Positions 28,188 to 38,467 of a stretch of 64,000 bases of DNA are shown here, piece after piece; position 1 is the first letter of the stretch, and every line of letters begins with the position of its first letter. The stretch spans positions 126,392 to 190,391 of IMG/VR virus record IMGVR_UViG_3300036715_001865; one strand, given 5' to 3'. The notes beneath the pieces were generated by a model that worked only from the letters and a program-made list of their open reading frames with translations, was not told the origin of the DNA and did not search any database. A program made the position numbers and the translations under genes. This DNA is from a virus.

Positions 28188-29375
28188 ATGAGTACAGTAC
28201 AGTGTGTAATTGGGGCGATGTATGGTGACGAAGGCAAGGGCCTAATGGTTGATTACTTTGCCTCACAAAAACCTCTCAACAAAGTTGTTGTTAGATACAA
28301 CGGCTCAAGTCAAGCAGGGCATACTGTTGTATGCCCTAATTCAACTCGACATATTTTTTCTCACTTTAGTTCTGGCACGTTCGTTCAGTGTGAGACACTA
28401 TTAAGTGAAGATTTTGTTGTTCACCCAATTTTGTTCAAAAAAGAGTTCCTTGAACTGACATCTAAGGGACTTAGGCCATTGGTGTATGCACACGAAGATT
28501 GTTTGGTAACCACCCCGTATGATATGTTAATCAACCAAATTATTGAATCTCGTCGTGGTAAATTCCGACATGGTTCAGTGGGTGTAGGATTTGGTGAGAC
28601 TTTTGAGCGGGATTGTTATATGTCTATCAAAGTTTCTGACTTGTTTGGTAACCGCGATTCTCTCAAAGAAAGATTGATGCTAATCCGAGATCGTTGGGTT
28701 CCATCAAGAATTCAGCGGTGTGAAGGTGAGCATGAGAAGTCTATGTTTGATGCAATCAAAAGTGATGCTCTTCTTAATAACTTTTTGTCTGATTGTAAGT
28801 TTTTTACAGATAGAGCTAACATATTGTATTATGATAAATGGACACACAAAGATTTGATTTTTGAAGGGGCACAAGGTTTGATGTTGGATCAAACCTTTGG
28901 TTTCTTTCCACATGTGACTAGATCTAATACTGGGTTAAAAAACATTATTAAAGTATTGGACCATTTTAAAGTGGAAGAATTGAGAGTAAACCATATCTCG
29001 AGAGCGTACACTACCAGACATGGCGCAGGTCCATTAGAATTTGAACAAGATTTTCCTGATAATATCATTGATAACACTAACCACGCGCATGTTTTTCAGG
29101 GTAATTTGCGTTACTCTCCATTAAATTTGGATGATATGCAAAATGTGATAAGTCAAGATTATGATAGTGTTCATGAGTTGCATAAGTATGACCTAGTTGA
29201 AGAAACCACTATTACCTGTATGGATCAAGTTAAAGTAAATGACACAGTCCCACTTATTTTTAATGGTAGAATGCAACAAATACCAACCAAAGAATTTGAA
29301 GAAGGTATTAAAAACTCAGCAACCTATATGAGCTATGGGCCAACTCGTGACCATGTGTGGAGAGTGGTAGGATGA
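28188..29375 (+). CDS. purA: Adenylosuccinate synthetase-like protein (PurA-type, Asp retained)
   Basis: GAMYGDEGKG, GSSQAGHT, HGSVGVG, FEGAQG, TRSNTG, YTTRHGAGP. Confidence 0.85.
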   Translation: MSTVQCVIGAMYGDEGKGLMVDYFASQKPLNKVVVRYNGSSQAGHTVVCPNSTRHIFSHFSSGTFVQCETLLSEDFVVHPILFKKEFLELTSKGLRPLVYAHEDCLVTTPYDMLINQIIESRRGKFRHGSVGVGFGETFERDCYMSIKVSDLFGNRDSLKERLMLIRDRWVPSRIQRCEGEHEKSMFDAIKSDALLNNFLSDCKFFTDRANILYYDKWTHKDLIFEGAQGLMLDQTFGFFPHVTRSNTGLKNIIKVLDHFKVEELRVNHISRAYTTRHGAGPLEFEQDFPDNIIDNTNHAHVFQGNLRYSPLNLDDMQNVISQDYDSVHELHKYDLVEETTITCMDQVKVNDTVPLIFNGRMQQIPTKEFEEGIKNSATYMSYGPTRDHVWRVVG

Positions 29376-29656
29376 TAGACATCACACCAATAAACACCGT
29401 CAATTTTTTTGAAGTTACACAATACTTACAACAACAAACTGGTGATGACAAAATTCAACACCGGCTGTATGAATTATTAAAAAATGCCCAATATGGTAAT
29501 CAAGATTTCTGTAACGATTCTTATTTTATTTATTGTGTGCCAGAATGTGAGGAATTGTTGAGTCCAGATGAATTGTTGTTGAAAAACACTTGTGTGGAGG
29601 CATTGGACATGAAACACTCAGATTTTGGAACTATTGTGTTTTATGTAGAGTGGTAA
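29372..29656 (+). CDS. Hypothetical protein
   Basis: Start reset to the ATG at 29372. Confidence 0.6.
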   Translation: MIDITPINTVNFFEVTQYLQQQTGDDKIQHRLYELLKNAQYGNQDFCNDSYFIYCVPECEELLSPDELLLKNTCVEALDMKHSDFGTIVFYVEW

Positions 29657-29657
29657 A

Positions 29658-29906
29658 ATGGCCAAAATAAAAAGAATTCATATTAATCAACACCACATTA
29701 AACACAACAAGCATCCTGAGGATATAAAACCAGTAATGACTATAAAATGTTCTGGCAAAACATTCATTGGGCAGGAAGTTGTTATATCTGGTGAGTCAAA
29801 AGTAGTGTATAGACCAGAACACCCATTATCATGTGGTGCACATGTGTGGATTGAAACCAAATCAGATGTATATTTGGATGGTAAATTAGTACCATTCATA
29901 ATTTAA
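29658..29906 (+). CDS. Hypothetical phage protein
   Basis: RIHINQH...PLSCGAHVWIET. Confidence 0.7.
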   Translation: MAKIKRIHINQHHIKHNKHPEDIKPVMTIKCSGKTFIGQEVVISGESKVVYRPEHPLSCGAHVWIETKSDVYLDGKLVPFII

Positions 29907-29928
29907 TTTTATTATAAGGAATACCACC

Positions 29929-30963
29929 ATGCTAAAAATGCAATGGGTTGCAATCATACTAATGCTAGTATCACATATATCAATAGCTGATGAAGATAAT
30001 AGCAATTTTATTGCTAGAAATCCAGGGAAGTGTACCTATCAAAATAGTACATTTTTGTCTCAACATAGTAGAGAGATTGAGTTGTATGCTGATTTATACA
30101 GTGTGCCAGTATTAATAGCATACCAATTAATTCAAATTGAAAATATTGAAAACCTACCCAAATGGGGTGATTGTCCAGTTGTTAAGATGAAATCTAGTAC
30201 AGCAAGTGACCTGGGGTTAGATATTACCGTTCCAGTTCAACATATTGAAGGTAGTATAAAGTATCTATCTATCAACTATAAAAAATTTAATGATTGGCCA
30301 CAATCATTAGCAGGATACCATGCTGGCTCTAATAATAAAGCTGTAATAACAAAAAATTGGGATGTTTTGCCAGAAGAAACTAAGAAATTTGTATATAGTT
30401 TTGGTGGCAATTTAATACCTGTACTAACCATTTCTCAATCTAATATTCCGAGATTTACTACTGATGGCAATGGCAATTTAATACCTGTACCAACCATTTC
30501 TCAATCTAATATTCTGAGATTTACTACTGATGGCAATGGCAATTTAATACCTGTATCGGAGGAGCCCAAACCTGAACAACAGATAAAAAGTACAAACCAA
30601 TCAAATATTCCTAAATTTACAAGAAAACCACCACCAGAAGTAGCTTCAAATCCAGAAGCTGCCTCAAATATTCCCGAATTTACAGAAAATCCATCCCCGG
30701 AGGCAAACTCAAGTATTCCCGAATTTACAAGAAATAAACAACCAGAAGTTCCCAATTATAGGTTTATTCAGAATGACCTACCACTTGGAGTAATAATATC
30801 CATTGTGTATTTGTTCTTGTCTAATATAAGTATTAGGTTTTATGGGTGGGTAAGTAATTACGTACCATTTTTGCCAAAGGTTGCTCCACAGGTTTGGTGG
30901 GGGTTGTTTATAGGTATCCCTTGCTATTTTATGGTAGTAAATTACATTGTCCCACAGGTATAA
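29929..30963 (+). CDS. Membrane-anchored SLT/lytic-transglycosylase-like protein with repeat linker
   Basis: Signal peptide; degenerate SLT motifs (IEGSIKYL, LAGYHAG, ETKKFV); P/E-rich linker; two C-terminal hydrophobic segments. Confidence 0.55.
   Translation: MLKMQWVAIILMLVSHISIADEDNSNFIARNPGKCTYQNSTFLSQHSREIELYADLYSVPVLIAYQLIQIENIENLPKWGDCPVVKMKSSTASDLGLDITVPVQHIEGSIKYLSINYKKFNDWPQSLAGYHAGSNNKAVITKNWDVLPEETKKFVYSFGGNLIPVLTISQSNIPRFTTDGNGNLIPVPTISQSNILRFTTDGNGNLIPVSEEPKPEQQIKSTNQSNIPKFTRKPPPEVASNPEAASNIPEFTENPSPEANSSIPEFTRNKQPEVPNYRFIQNDLPLGVIISIVYLFLSNISIRFYGWVSNYVPFLPKVAPQVWWGLFIGIPCYFMVVNYIVPQV
30406..30555. repeat. 66-bp tandem repeat (about 2.3 copies, 22-aa unit)
   Basis: GGCAATTTAATACCTGTA starts at 30406, 30472 and 30538. 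Confidence 0.9.
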
Positions 30964-30998
30964 ATAAAAATAAAGAGCGGGTATACCACCCCCGCTCT

Positions 30999-31850
30999 TT
31001 ATTTGTTTATTTTTTCAATCCTCCACCCCTTCCAACAACCTCTCTCCAATGGATTCCCGTGTCTAGCAGCTAATAAAAATTTATCAAACGGTAACTCTAA
31101 ATCTTTACAAACTCCCCGTAAATATCCAGCTCCTATTAAGTCTCCACTTGGATTAAATACTTTACAGAACACAGCATTGCCATTTTTTTCACCTTGTCCA
31201 CGCTTGTTCTTCTGCCATGTGGCTTTGCGCTTATCTATTAGGTCTGGTTGTTGTAGTGGGTGGGTATTAGATGTAAACATATCTGATAGTTGTTGTTTTC
31301 GTTCGAGTGTGTGAATATGCTTACCAGTTCTGGTTATAGCTCCTTTCTGGTGAGTTTCTGGGGTTGGTAGTGGAGGTCTGCAACCGGAAGCTAATGCTCT
31401 TTGTCTATACTCGTCCCGAAGAGAGGGGTTGTTTTGAAATATTTGTTTCCTTATTGTGGACAGTTTTTCCTTGTGTTCATCTGATAGAGTTCGTCCAGAT
31501 CTTTGAACTGACCACAATAATCTTGTATTAGATGTTGGTTGCCACCCTAAATTGGATTCTCCTCCTCGTGTGAGGTTATATCCATGTTCTGTTATAAAAG
31601 ATTGATATTGAGTAATAAAATGAGCTTCCATTGTTTTTAGGGTGTGCTCTCCATCCAACGAACAATATATCACGTTAAATTCAAAGTTATCTATTCCATA
31701 TTTTCGAATTGCTTTATACAATGGACGATTATTTGTTTTTGATACCGTAATATGTTGATTCCATCTGGATATTGGGTTTTTTCTGTTAGTGTACCCAACA
31801 TATAGCTTACCATTAACTTTGTTGATAATCTTGTAAATATAATGTATCAT
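30999..31850 (-). mobile_element. Free-standing GIY-YIG homing endonuclease (NUMOD3-like)
   Basis: YIYKIINKVNGKLYVGYT, RWNQH, E..FI, GYNLTRGG, HKEKLS. Confidence 0.88.
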
Positions 31851-31882
31851 TACTTCTCCTACTAATACTATTGAGGTTATTT

Positions 31883-33013
31883 ATGAATATAACAAACACA
31901 GAATACCAAACCATGTTAAAAATTTGTCAGGATGGCACTTTTTATTTTAATGACCAGTCTATAGGAGCTAACTTATTCAGAATGTTTAATTATAGATTGG
32001 CTAGTTATACAGATTGGTTAGTTGACCCTATCACGTTTGAGATGCGTGGATTGATGGTAGAGATTGATAGTAATGGGGAATTTTTACGAGTTGCATCTAG
32101 GCCACCAGCTAAATTCTTTAATCTAAATGAAACCCCATTTGTGCAAAATGTTGATTTGTCTGTTGGTGGTGTTGTCAATGATAAGTTGGATGGCTCTCTA
32201 ATGAGTACGTTTTGGTACATGGATATAAATGGAGTTATCCAACTTGGGGTGAAATCCAAAATGTCTTTGATTTCAGACCAGTGTGTACAAACAACAGAGT
32301 ATCTCCAACAACATCCAATATTGAGACAAGAATTGTTGGATTTAGCCCGTAAAGGATTTACAGTATATTGTGAAATTTGTGGTCCAGATAACCGTATTGT
32401 TGTTGGATACCAAGAGCGAAAGCTAACAGCATTGGGCATTCGTGATAATATAACTGGGGAAGAATTACCTCCAACAACATCCTCTATATTATCAAATGGT
32501 CATTGGGTCAATCATTTTTATTCAGATGATATAGCAAGTGTTGTATCAGGGATAGATGATTTGGTGGGAATTGAGGGGTATGTAATACAGTTAAATAGTG
32601 GAATTCGATTCAAAATTAAATCTAACTGGTATCTATCTTTGCATCACTGTAAAGATTCGGTGAATAACCCTCGTAGACTATTTGAGGCTATTGTTGATGA
32701 AGGTGTGGATGACATCCGTAGTATGTTTCATGATGATGCTTGGTTAATCAATCAAATTGATGAAATGCAAGTAACAGTGGATAAATTGTACAATGATATG
32801 GTTTCTGAAGTGGAACACTTTTATGAAGTGCATAAAGATTTAGACCGGAAAACTTATGCTATTTTGGGGCAAGAATTAGTTACCAAGATGTATTTTTGTT
32901 TAGTTATGGTAAAATATGCCGGTAAAATTCCAGACTATAAAACGTTCCTCAAATCAAAATACAAAGAGTTGGGATTTGTGGATAAGGCTATCAAAGAAAC
33001 AGTTGAAGAATGA
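31883..33013 (+). CDS. rnlA: RNA ligase 1 (T4 RnlA-like)
   Basis: EMRG, PPAKFFNLNE, KLDGSL, EICGPDNRIVVGY, EGYV, KIKSNWY. Confidence 0.9.
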   Translation: MNITNTEYQTMLKICQDGTFYFNDQSIGANLFRMFNYRLASYTDWLVDPITFEMRGLMVEIDSNGEFLRVASRPPAKFFNLNETPFVQNVDLSVGGVVNDKLDGSLMSTFWYMDINGVIQLGVKSKMSLISDQCVQTTEYLQQHPILRQELLDLARKGFTVYCEICGPDNRIVVGYQERKLTALGIRDNITGEELPPTTSSILSNGHWVNHFYSDDIASVVSGIDDLVGIEGYVIQLNSGIRFKIKSNWYLSLHHCKDSVNNPRRLFEAIVDEGVDDIRSMFHDDAWLINQIDEMQVTVDKLYNDMVSEVEHFYEVHKDLDRKTYAILGQELVTKMYFCLVMVKYAGKIPDYKTFLKSKYKELGFVDKAIKETVEE

Positions 33014-33261
33014 AAAAACAAACTATTGCGGTTAAGGTGGAGGGATTTCCTCCACCTATTAATAAGCACAATCGTGAGATGTTTAGGAAATTTCATGAAA
33101 GCCATTTCCTATCAGCTCATCCACTACCTTCTTCCCCGTCGGTGCAATATAGTGGTGCAGATGAAGATGATGTTTCATTAATTGTGAAAATGACAATATC
33201 ATTAATAGTTGGGGGGTTATTTGGATTATATTTGTATGTTGCCCAAATAGGAAGTATATAA
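33010..33261 (+). CDS. Hypothetical membrane protein
   Basis: C-terminal transmembrane segment. Confidence 0.6.
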   Translation: MKKQTIAVKVEGFPPPINKHNREMFRKFHESHFLSAHPLPSSPSVQYSGADEDDVSLIVKMTISLIVGGLFGLYLYVAQIGSI

Positions 33262-33326
33262 CTCAGTTGATTTTACTATACAATGATGTATAATATGATT
33301 TTTAATTATTACAAATAGAGGTAAAC

Positions 33327-34838
33327 ATGAAAAAACTCACAACATTAATTACAAGCTGCATTTTTGTAGTATTGTTCCTATTATCATCATTAGCTGATGC
33401 CAAAGGTGGTAGTTTTGGGGGGCGGTCATCTAGTTCTTCATTCTCATCATCACGGTCATCTAGTTCTTCATTCTCATCCCGACCATCAATTTCAGTAAAA
33501 AGCTCGGCCACTTCAGCCTCAACAGCCCACACATCGAAGCCAATCACTGTAACTCGGGACAATGTGATGAGTTCAATTGGCAAGCGGGGTGCAACGGGTG
33601 ATGCAGCTGGTGTATTGTTTAAGAACTTTCAGACAAGAAACTCTTCCCCCATCAACACTAAAGTGCCGTTGGATAGGGCAACAGTGGATAGAGTATTCAC
33701 TCCACAGTATAGAGCCACCCGCCGTTCAGATTATTATGGCGCATATACTCCAATGCCGACCACACAATATAGAAATGCAGTGTATACAAACCATTCAAGT
33801 GGATATGGCATTTGGGATTTGATGTTATTCAATAGTATTATGGATAATGTTGGCGATCGAGGTATGTATTATCACCATCAACAGGACCCAGCTTTTCAAC
33901 AATGGAGAACAGATGCAAATTCAGCTTGTGCCGCTGGTGACACTGATGTTTGTGAGAAGTTAAAAGATCTCGACCGTGAAATGAGTGAATATAAAGCAAA
34001 AGGTACAGTGGTTAATCCAGCATATGTAACACCAGGTGTTGATCCAGACATTTATGAAGCTAATAATATTGACCCATCAAAACTTGCAGAAATTAAAGTG
34101 TGTACTGGTGCAGTTGGGTCTGATTACTTGAGATATCAAGCAGAAATTGCTAAATTTACAAAATTGCGAGTGACTCCAGTTACAACAAATGGTTCTGTTG
34201 ATACTATTGCAAAAATGGCAACTGGTGAGTGTAATATTGGTTTTGTTCAAACAGATATTTCACTGTCCCCAAGTTTACAGACCCTTGTAACACTGTCACA
34301 GTTGGAAGTTGGATTATTAATTTGTAATAAAGAATCCAATATTAAAACAGCTGCAGATATGAAGAAAGATACAGTAGTGTATATTGGTAATGACCAAACA
34401 GGGTCTCAATACACCTTTGGAGAGTTACAGCGGTTGAGTGGTAGTTTAGGAAAAGCAGTGGTGAATAATACTTTACCAGCATTACAAGCTGCAGAAGTAG
34501 TACAAAGTCAACCTCAAAGTTGCTTCTTTGCAGTATCAACTCCTGAATACCCAGGATTTATGAGTCTGGATAGATCTGGTAAAGCATATGGGGTTCCTAT
34601 TTTATCAAAACACTTGAGTAAAAATCAACCATACAAATTGGTTGTAGCTGATGTGAAACATTACAAAACCTTAACCCAAGAGGAGTATAAATCGTATAAT
34701 TGGTTTAATACAAGAGGTACAGACACTATTGCAGTTCCAACAGCATTAGTAGCTCCACAGAGTTGGATAGATCAAAATAAAGACTTATACAACCTATTAT
34801 TACTTGAAAAAACAAAACTACAGGCAGCTATTCAATAA
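33327..34838 (+). CDS. Exported protein: G/S-rich N-terminus plus TAXI/solute-binding-like C-terminal domain
   Basis: Signal peptide; TTNGSVDTIAKM...GFVQTD; GNDQTGSQYT. Confidence 0.6.
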   Translation: MKKLTTLITSCIFVVLFLLSSLADAKGGSFGGRSSSSSFSSSRSSSSSFSSRPSISVKSSATSASTAHTSKPITVTRDNVMSSIGKRGATGDAAGVLFKNFQTRNSSPINTKVPLDRATVDRVFTPQYRATRRSDYYGAYTPMPTTQYRNAVYTNHSSGYGIWDLMLFNSIMDNVGDRGMYYHHQQDPAFQQWRTDANSACAAGDTDVCEKLKDLDREMSEYKAKGTVVNPAYVTPGVDPDIYEANNIDPSKLAEIKVCTGAVGSDYLRYQAEIAKFTKLRVTPVTTNGSVDTIAKMATGECNIGFVQTDISLSPSLQTLVTLSQLEVGLLICNKESNIKTAADMKKDTVVYIGNDQTGSQYTFGELQRLSGSLGKAVVNNTLPALQAAEVVQSQPQSCFFAVSTPEYPGFMSLDRSGKAYGVPILSKHLSKNQPYKLVVADVKHYKTLTQEEYKSYNWFNTRGTDTIAVPTALVAPQSWIDQNKDLYNLLLLEKTKLQAAIQ

Positions 34839-34904
34839 CGCCTATTGAGGGAGAGGCAAAATACTTCTCCCTACTTTAAACTACACTAGAAGGAAACATA
34901 ACAC

Positions 34905-35612
34905 ATGATTTTAACTTTACTAACTTGTGGCATATTGATTTTATTACTTGTTGTCAGTATATCAGTATACCGTAAAAAACATACAACCCATGCACAGACC
35001 CCTGTTGAAATAATTGCAACTGGTATTGCAGAACGAGTTACTAATATACTCTCGTCAACACCCACTCCATTAGCTGTTTTAAAAAGTATTTACTATGATC
35101 GGTTATATGTTGGCAAAACACTAACATTGGACTCATCATTAAAAGCAATGCTGACAAATGTGTTATTTGGGTTCCCAATAGATCCATTAATCGTATCCTC
35201 ATTTAAGTACTTTGACATTGATGGCAACCCTTTTGAAGAAGTAGTGTTTGATAAAATTGGTGCAAAAAATTATATCATGATGCATGATGAATTTGAAGGT
35301 GTTAATTACTTTTTAAACAGAGTGATGACAAATGGAGTTCAGACTGGTGAAACTCCACCAATGGTTGATCAAGATGTCATCACGTTGACAGAAGATGGTG
35401 TTGATTATGAGTATCAAGATTTCTCGGGTCTGATGAATGTAACAATGCGGGACAGCAAAGGTAATATATTAAATGATCGTTTAATTCGTGTGTATTCGCG
35501 TGAATTACGCAGCGACGATGACGAATACCTAGTGACAATAATGGATTCCCCTAATGCTATCGAATACTATATTGGGTTTCAAATTAGTATTCATCAATTA
35601 GAAGATATCTAA
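34905..35612 (+). CDS. Hypothetical membrane-anchored protein
   Basis: N-terminal transmembrane segment, 235 aa. Confidence 0.65.
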   Translation: MILTLLTCGILILLLVVSISVYRKKHTTHAQTPVEIIATGIAERVTNILSSTPTPLAVLKSIYYDRLYVGKTLTLDSSLKAMLTNVLFGFPIDPLIVSSFKYFDIDGNPFEEVVFDKIGAKNYIMMHDEFEGVNYFLNRVMTNGVQTGETPPMVDQDVITLTEDGVDYEYQDFSGLMNVTMRDSKGNILNDRLIRVYSRELRSDDDEYLVTIMDSPNAIEYYIGFQISIHQLEDI

Positions 35613-35695
35613 TATCCATCAGTTGATTATTTGCAATAATTACTGTATAATTTATTTAACAATAATATTTTTAACTACAAAAGAGGTAATACAAT

Positions 35696-36463
35696 ATGAC
35701 AAGTACTTTAAATTTTTTCAAAAACTTAGGTAAAGTGAAATCAGCACAATTGGGTGATGGTTTAGTTAATTTGGCTGCTGCAATTGATGCAGATGGTGTT
35801 GGTGAAGCTGCTATTAAACAGAAACAAGAAGAACATGTGTTGCTGGTTCAGCAATTGGTTGAAGCACAAGGTGTATTCAAGAAAGAGAAAAAAGAGTTTG
35901 ATGAATTGTATGAGTTATATACTAAAAAATTAGCTGCTGCTGAACGCGCTAGTGCTGATTTTACTGCAGACCCAACAAATGTGGCTGCTGGCAATGCTGC
36001 TGCTGAATTGTTGGCAAGTGTGGAAAAGTTAGCTCCAAAACTATCCAAAGAGAAAACTGAATTTGAAAGCGCAGAACGTTGGATGACTGAAATTCAACAA
36101 GCAGCTGATGAAGCAGCTCAAGAATTGTTGGGATTGCGTCAACGTATTGATGAGATTAAACAACAAACAAAAGAGGCAGAGTTATCCAAAGACCGTGCTA
36201 ACAAACAATTGGCACAAGCAGAACAATTGGCTGGTTTGCGAACTGCATCAAACAAGTTCGATGTTGCAATGAGTGCCCTCGAAAAACAACAAGCTCGAAT
36301 TGCTGATGAAGCATCAGTCGCAACCATTGCTGCTGAGCAACTTCGTACTCCAGCATCAACTTTGTCGGATGCTGCATCAAAATACATGAGTGACATGGAA
36401 CCTGTTGCAGAAACTGAATCATTAGCTGACAAGTTGGCAAGATTATCTGCATTAGCTAAGTAA
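35696..36463 (+). CDS. Coiled-coil protein, PspA/IM30-like
   Basis: Ala/Glu/Gln-rich heptads; ends SLADKLARL. Confidence 0.55.
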   Translation: MTSTLNFFKNLGKVKSAQLGDGLVNLAAAIDADGVGEAAIKQKQEEHVLLVQQLVEAQGVFKKEKKEFDELYELYTKKLAAAERASADFTADPTNVAAGNAAAELLASVEKLAPKLSKEKTEFESAERWMTEIQQAADEAAQELLGLRQRIDEIKQQTKEAELSKDRANKQLAQAEQLAGLRTASNKFDVAMSALEKQQARIADEASVATIAAEQLRTPASTLSDAASKYMSDMEPVAETESLADKLARLSALAK

Positions 36464-36480
36464 TACTACTTAGCTCTACA

Positions 36481-36513
36481 AAAAGCCCAGTGTGTGATAC
36501 ACTGGGCTTTTTC
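36481..36513 (+). terminator. Intrinsic terminator
   Basis: AAAAGCCCAGTGT-GTGAT-ACACTGGGCTTTTT. Confidence 0.85.
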
Positions 36514-36554
36514 TTTGTGTGTAATAAATAATATATCCACATTAGGAGTTAGAT

Positions 36555-37181
36555 ATGTTATTGAATGAAATATTAGAAAAGCCCATAAGAGGGATGAAAG
36601 TATCCAAGGCCTCTGCTGAAAGGTTGGATATTGATTCAGATTTATATAGAAAAATACCAAAAAATTTAAAATACTTGGATACTGGTATTCAATCATCAGC
36701 ATACTTACACAAGCCAACTAATACTATATTAAAGCACACTGCATTGCCAGCAAATGAAGGCAATCCAGTCTACCAATTTATTAGATTAGCATCAAATCAT
36801 CAAGACAATCCATACTTTCCTAAGATACACAACACTAAAGGTTATTCAAAAGACGGAAAAACTGCCAGGTTATTAATTAAAATGGAAAAAGCTAAGCCTC
36901 TGAACAAAAAAGAGATACTAAAATGTGTCAAACTATTTGGATTTAGCCTTTCAGAACTTGGCCCATATGATTTTGATAATTGGAATAACACGTTTACGAA
37001 AACATTCAATGAGGTAGCCACAAGACGACAGTTGTACGCTAATATTGTGGATAATGACCTAAAACAAGCACTTCGTTTGTTAGAACCCCTGTTCCAACAT
37101 TATAATCCTGATATGCACTTTGGAAATATTATGGTTCGTTCTGATGGGCACATTATTATCATGGATCCGATTGGTTGGTAA
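36555..37181 (+). CDS. Atypical protein-kinase-fold protein, paralog 1
   Basis: LDTGIQSSAY, NPYFPKIH, MEK, PDMHFGNIM, IMDP; ATAAATA at 36524. Confidence 0.7.
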   Translation: MLLNEILEKPIRGMKVSKASAERLDIDSDLYRKIPKNLKYLDTGIQSSAYLHKPTNTILKHTALPANEGNPVYQFIRLASNHQDNPYFPKIHNTKGYSKDGKTARLLIKMEKAKPLNKKEILKCVKLFGFSLSELGPYDFDNWNNTFTKTFNEVATRRQLYANIVDNDLKQALRLLEPLFQHYNPDMHFGNIMVRSDGHIIIMDPIGW

Positions 37182-37242
37182 TAATTAATACAGATTGTAG
37201 TATAACTATAAATAATATAATACAGATAACAAGGATAATACA

Positions 37243-38466
37243 ATGAAAAAAGGTTACATGATTGCACAGAATAGTATTGCCAATACATTCTTCACTGCAT
37301 CAAGTTCATACGACAGACCTAAGTGGTTGCCAATTAGTGAAGCTACCACATATGCGACAGCAGAACTAGCAGATAAAGCACTCGTTAAGTTATTAAAACA
37401 TGGAGCATATTCTGCAAAATTAGTAGAAGCCACATCTATGGAATTTGAATTTCCTGATGAAGGTCCAAATAAAGACCAAGCACCCATTACTAAAACAGAT
37501 GGGGAGGATGAAATGACAGCTGGTCAATTATCTGATGAAGATGATATGGACGAGCTTAATATGGACGGTGATGAAATTGAAATGGGTGATGGATATACAG
37601 ATTCTGATGAAGATGAATTTGATGACGAAGACCAAGGTGAATTTGATGATTTTGAAGGGGAAGAGGATGATAACTTTGAAGATTTAGATATGGAAGAGGA
37701 TGAGAATGCTCTTACTCCAGAAGAACAACAAATGTCTCAAGGTGGTAGAAGTGGAATGTCATCAGGTAATGGTCCTGTTAGAGAAGCATTTGATAATTGG
37801 AGAACCACACAAGGTGCTGTTCCATTAAAAACTCCCAAAGCTAGTAGAGAAAGAGGCAGGGGCAACCAAAGAAATGCAAAAATAAGTGACAGTGAAGTTC
37901 GTGAAATGAGAACCATGAAAAAGAATGGTGTCAAATTGTCTACAATTTTTGCTAAATGGCCAAATTGTGCTGAAAGCACCATCAAAAAGATATTAGCTGG
38001 AGACGCCCGTAATTCCCCTGCGTGTGATATTGATGAGGGGTTGGATATGAAAGTTACCAAGATTAAATTCAATCAAGATAACAGAAACGACAGAGATACA
38101 AATTTCTCTCAAGATATTGAACCATCATATGCTGAAATCAAAGTACCAAAAAATGTAATGAGAGCCATCAAAGCATCTATTGATACATATAATGATGCTG
38201 CTGATTTCAACAATGGTAGAGATGATGCACAAGCATCAATGGCACTTACTATTGCAACAGCACTAAAAACATTGGAAGATTGTTTGAAATTGGGAACCCA
38301 AGAAGGGTTAATGCAAGCACAGATTCAATTATCTACTTTTATGAATCCTATTACCACAAATATACCAGATGTTGTAAAAGACTATCTGATTAAGTTTGGT
38401 AGACAACCAATTTCACTGAAAGATACCTTTTATAGTAAGTGGGATAATTCCCCAAAGGGTAAATAA
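37243..38466 (+). CDS. Acidic hypothetical protein with internal HTH-like segment
   Basis: Long D/E tract; ISDSEVREMR...ESTIKKIL. Confidence 0.65.
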   Translation: MKKGYMIAQNSIANTFFTASSSYDRPKWLPISEATTYATAELADKALVKLLKHGAYSAKLVEATSMEFEFPDEGPNKDQAPITKTDGEDEMTAGQLSDEDDMDELNMDGDEIEMGDGYTDSDEDEFDDEDQGEFDDFEGEEDDNFEDLDMEEDENALTPEEQQMSQGGRSGMSSGNGPVREAFDNWRTTQGAVPLKTPKASRERGRGNQRNAKISDSEVREMRTMKKNGVKLSTIFAKWPNCAESTIKKILAGDARNSPACDIDEGLDMKVTKIKFNQDNRNDRDTNFSQDIEPSYAEIKVPKNVMRAIKASIDTYNDAADFNNGRDDAQASMALTIATALKTLEDCLKLGTQEGLMQAQIQLSTFMNPITTNIPDVVKDYLIKFGRQPISLKDTFYSKWDNSPKGK

Positions 38467-38467
38467 T

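Noticed and set aside
28188-29375. PurZ (2-aminoadenine DNA pathway)
   Set aside because: The P-loop reads GDEGKG with the catalytic Asp of PurA, not the Ser/Thr pattern of PurZ, and no DatZ/MazZ cluster is adjacent.
30406-30555. CRISPR or DGR repeat
   Set aside because: An in-frame coding tandem repeat without spacers; no reverse transcriptase in the window.
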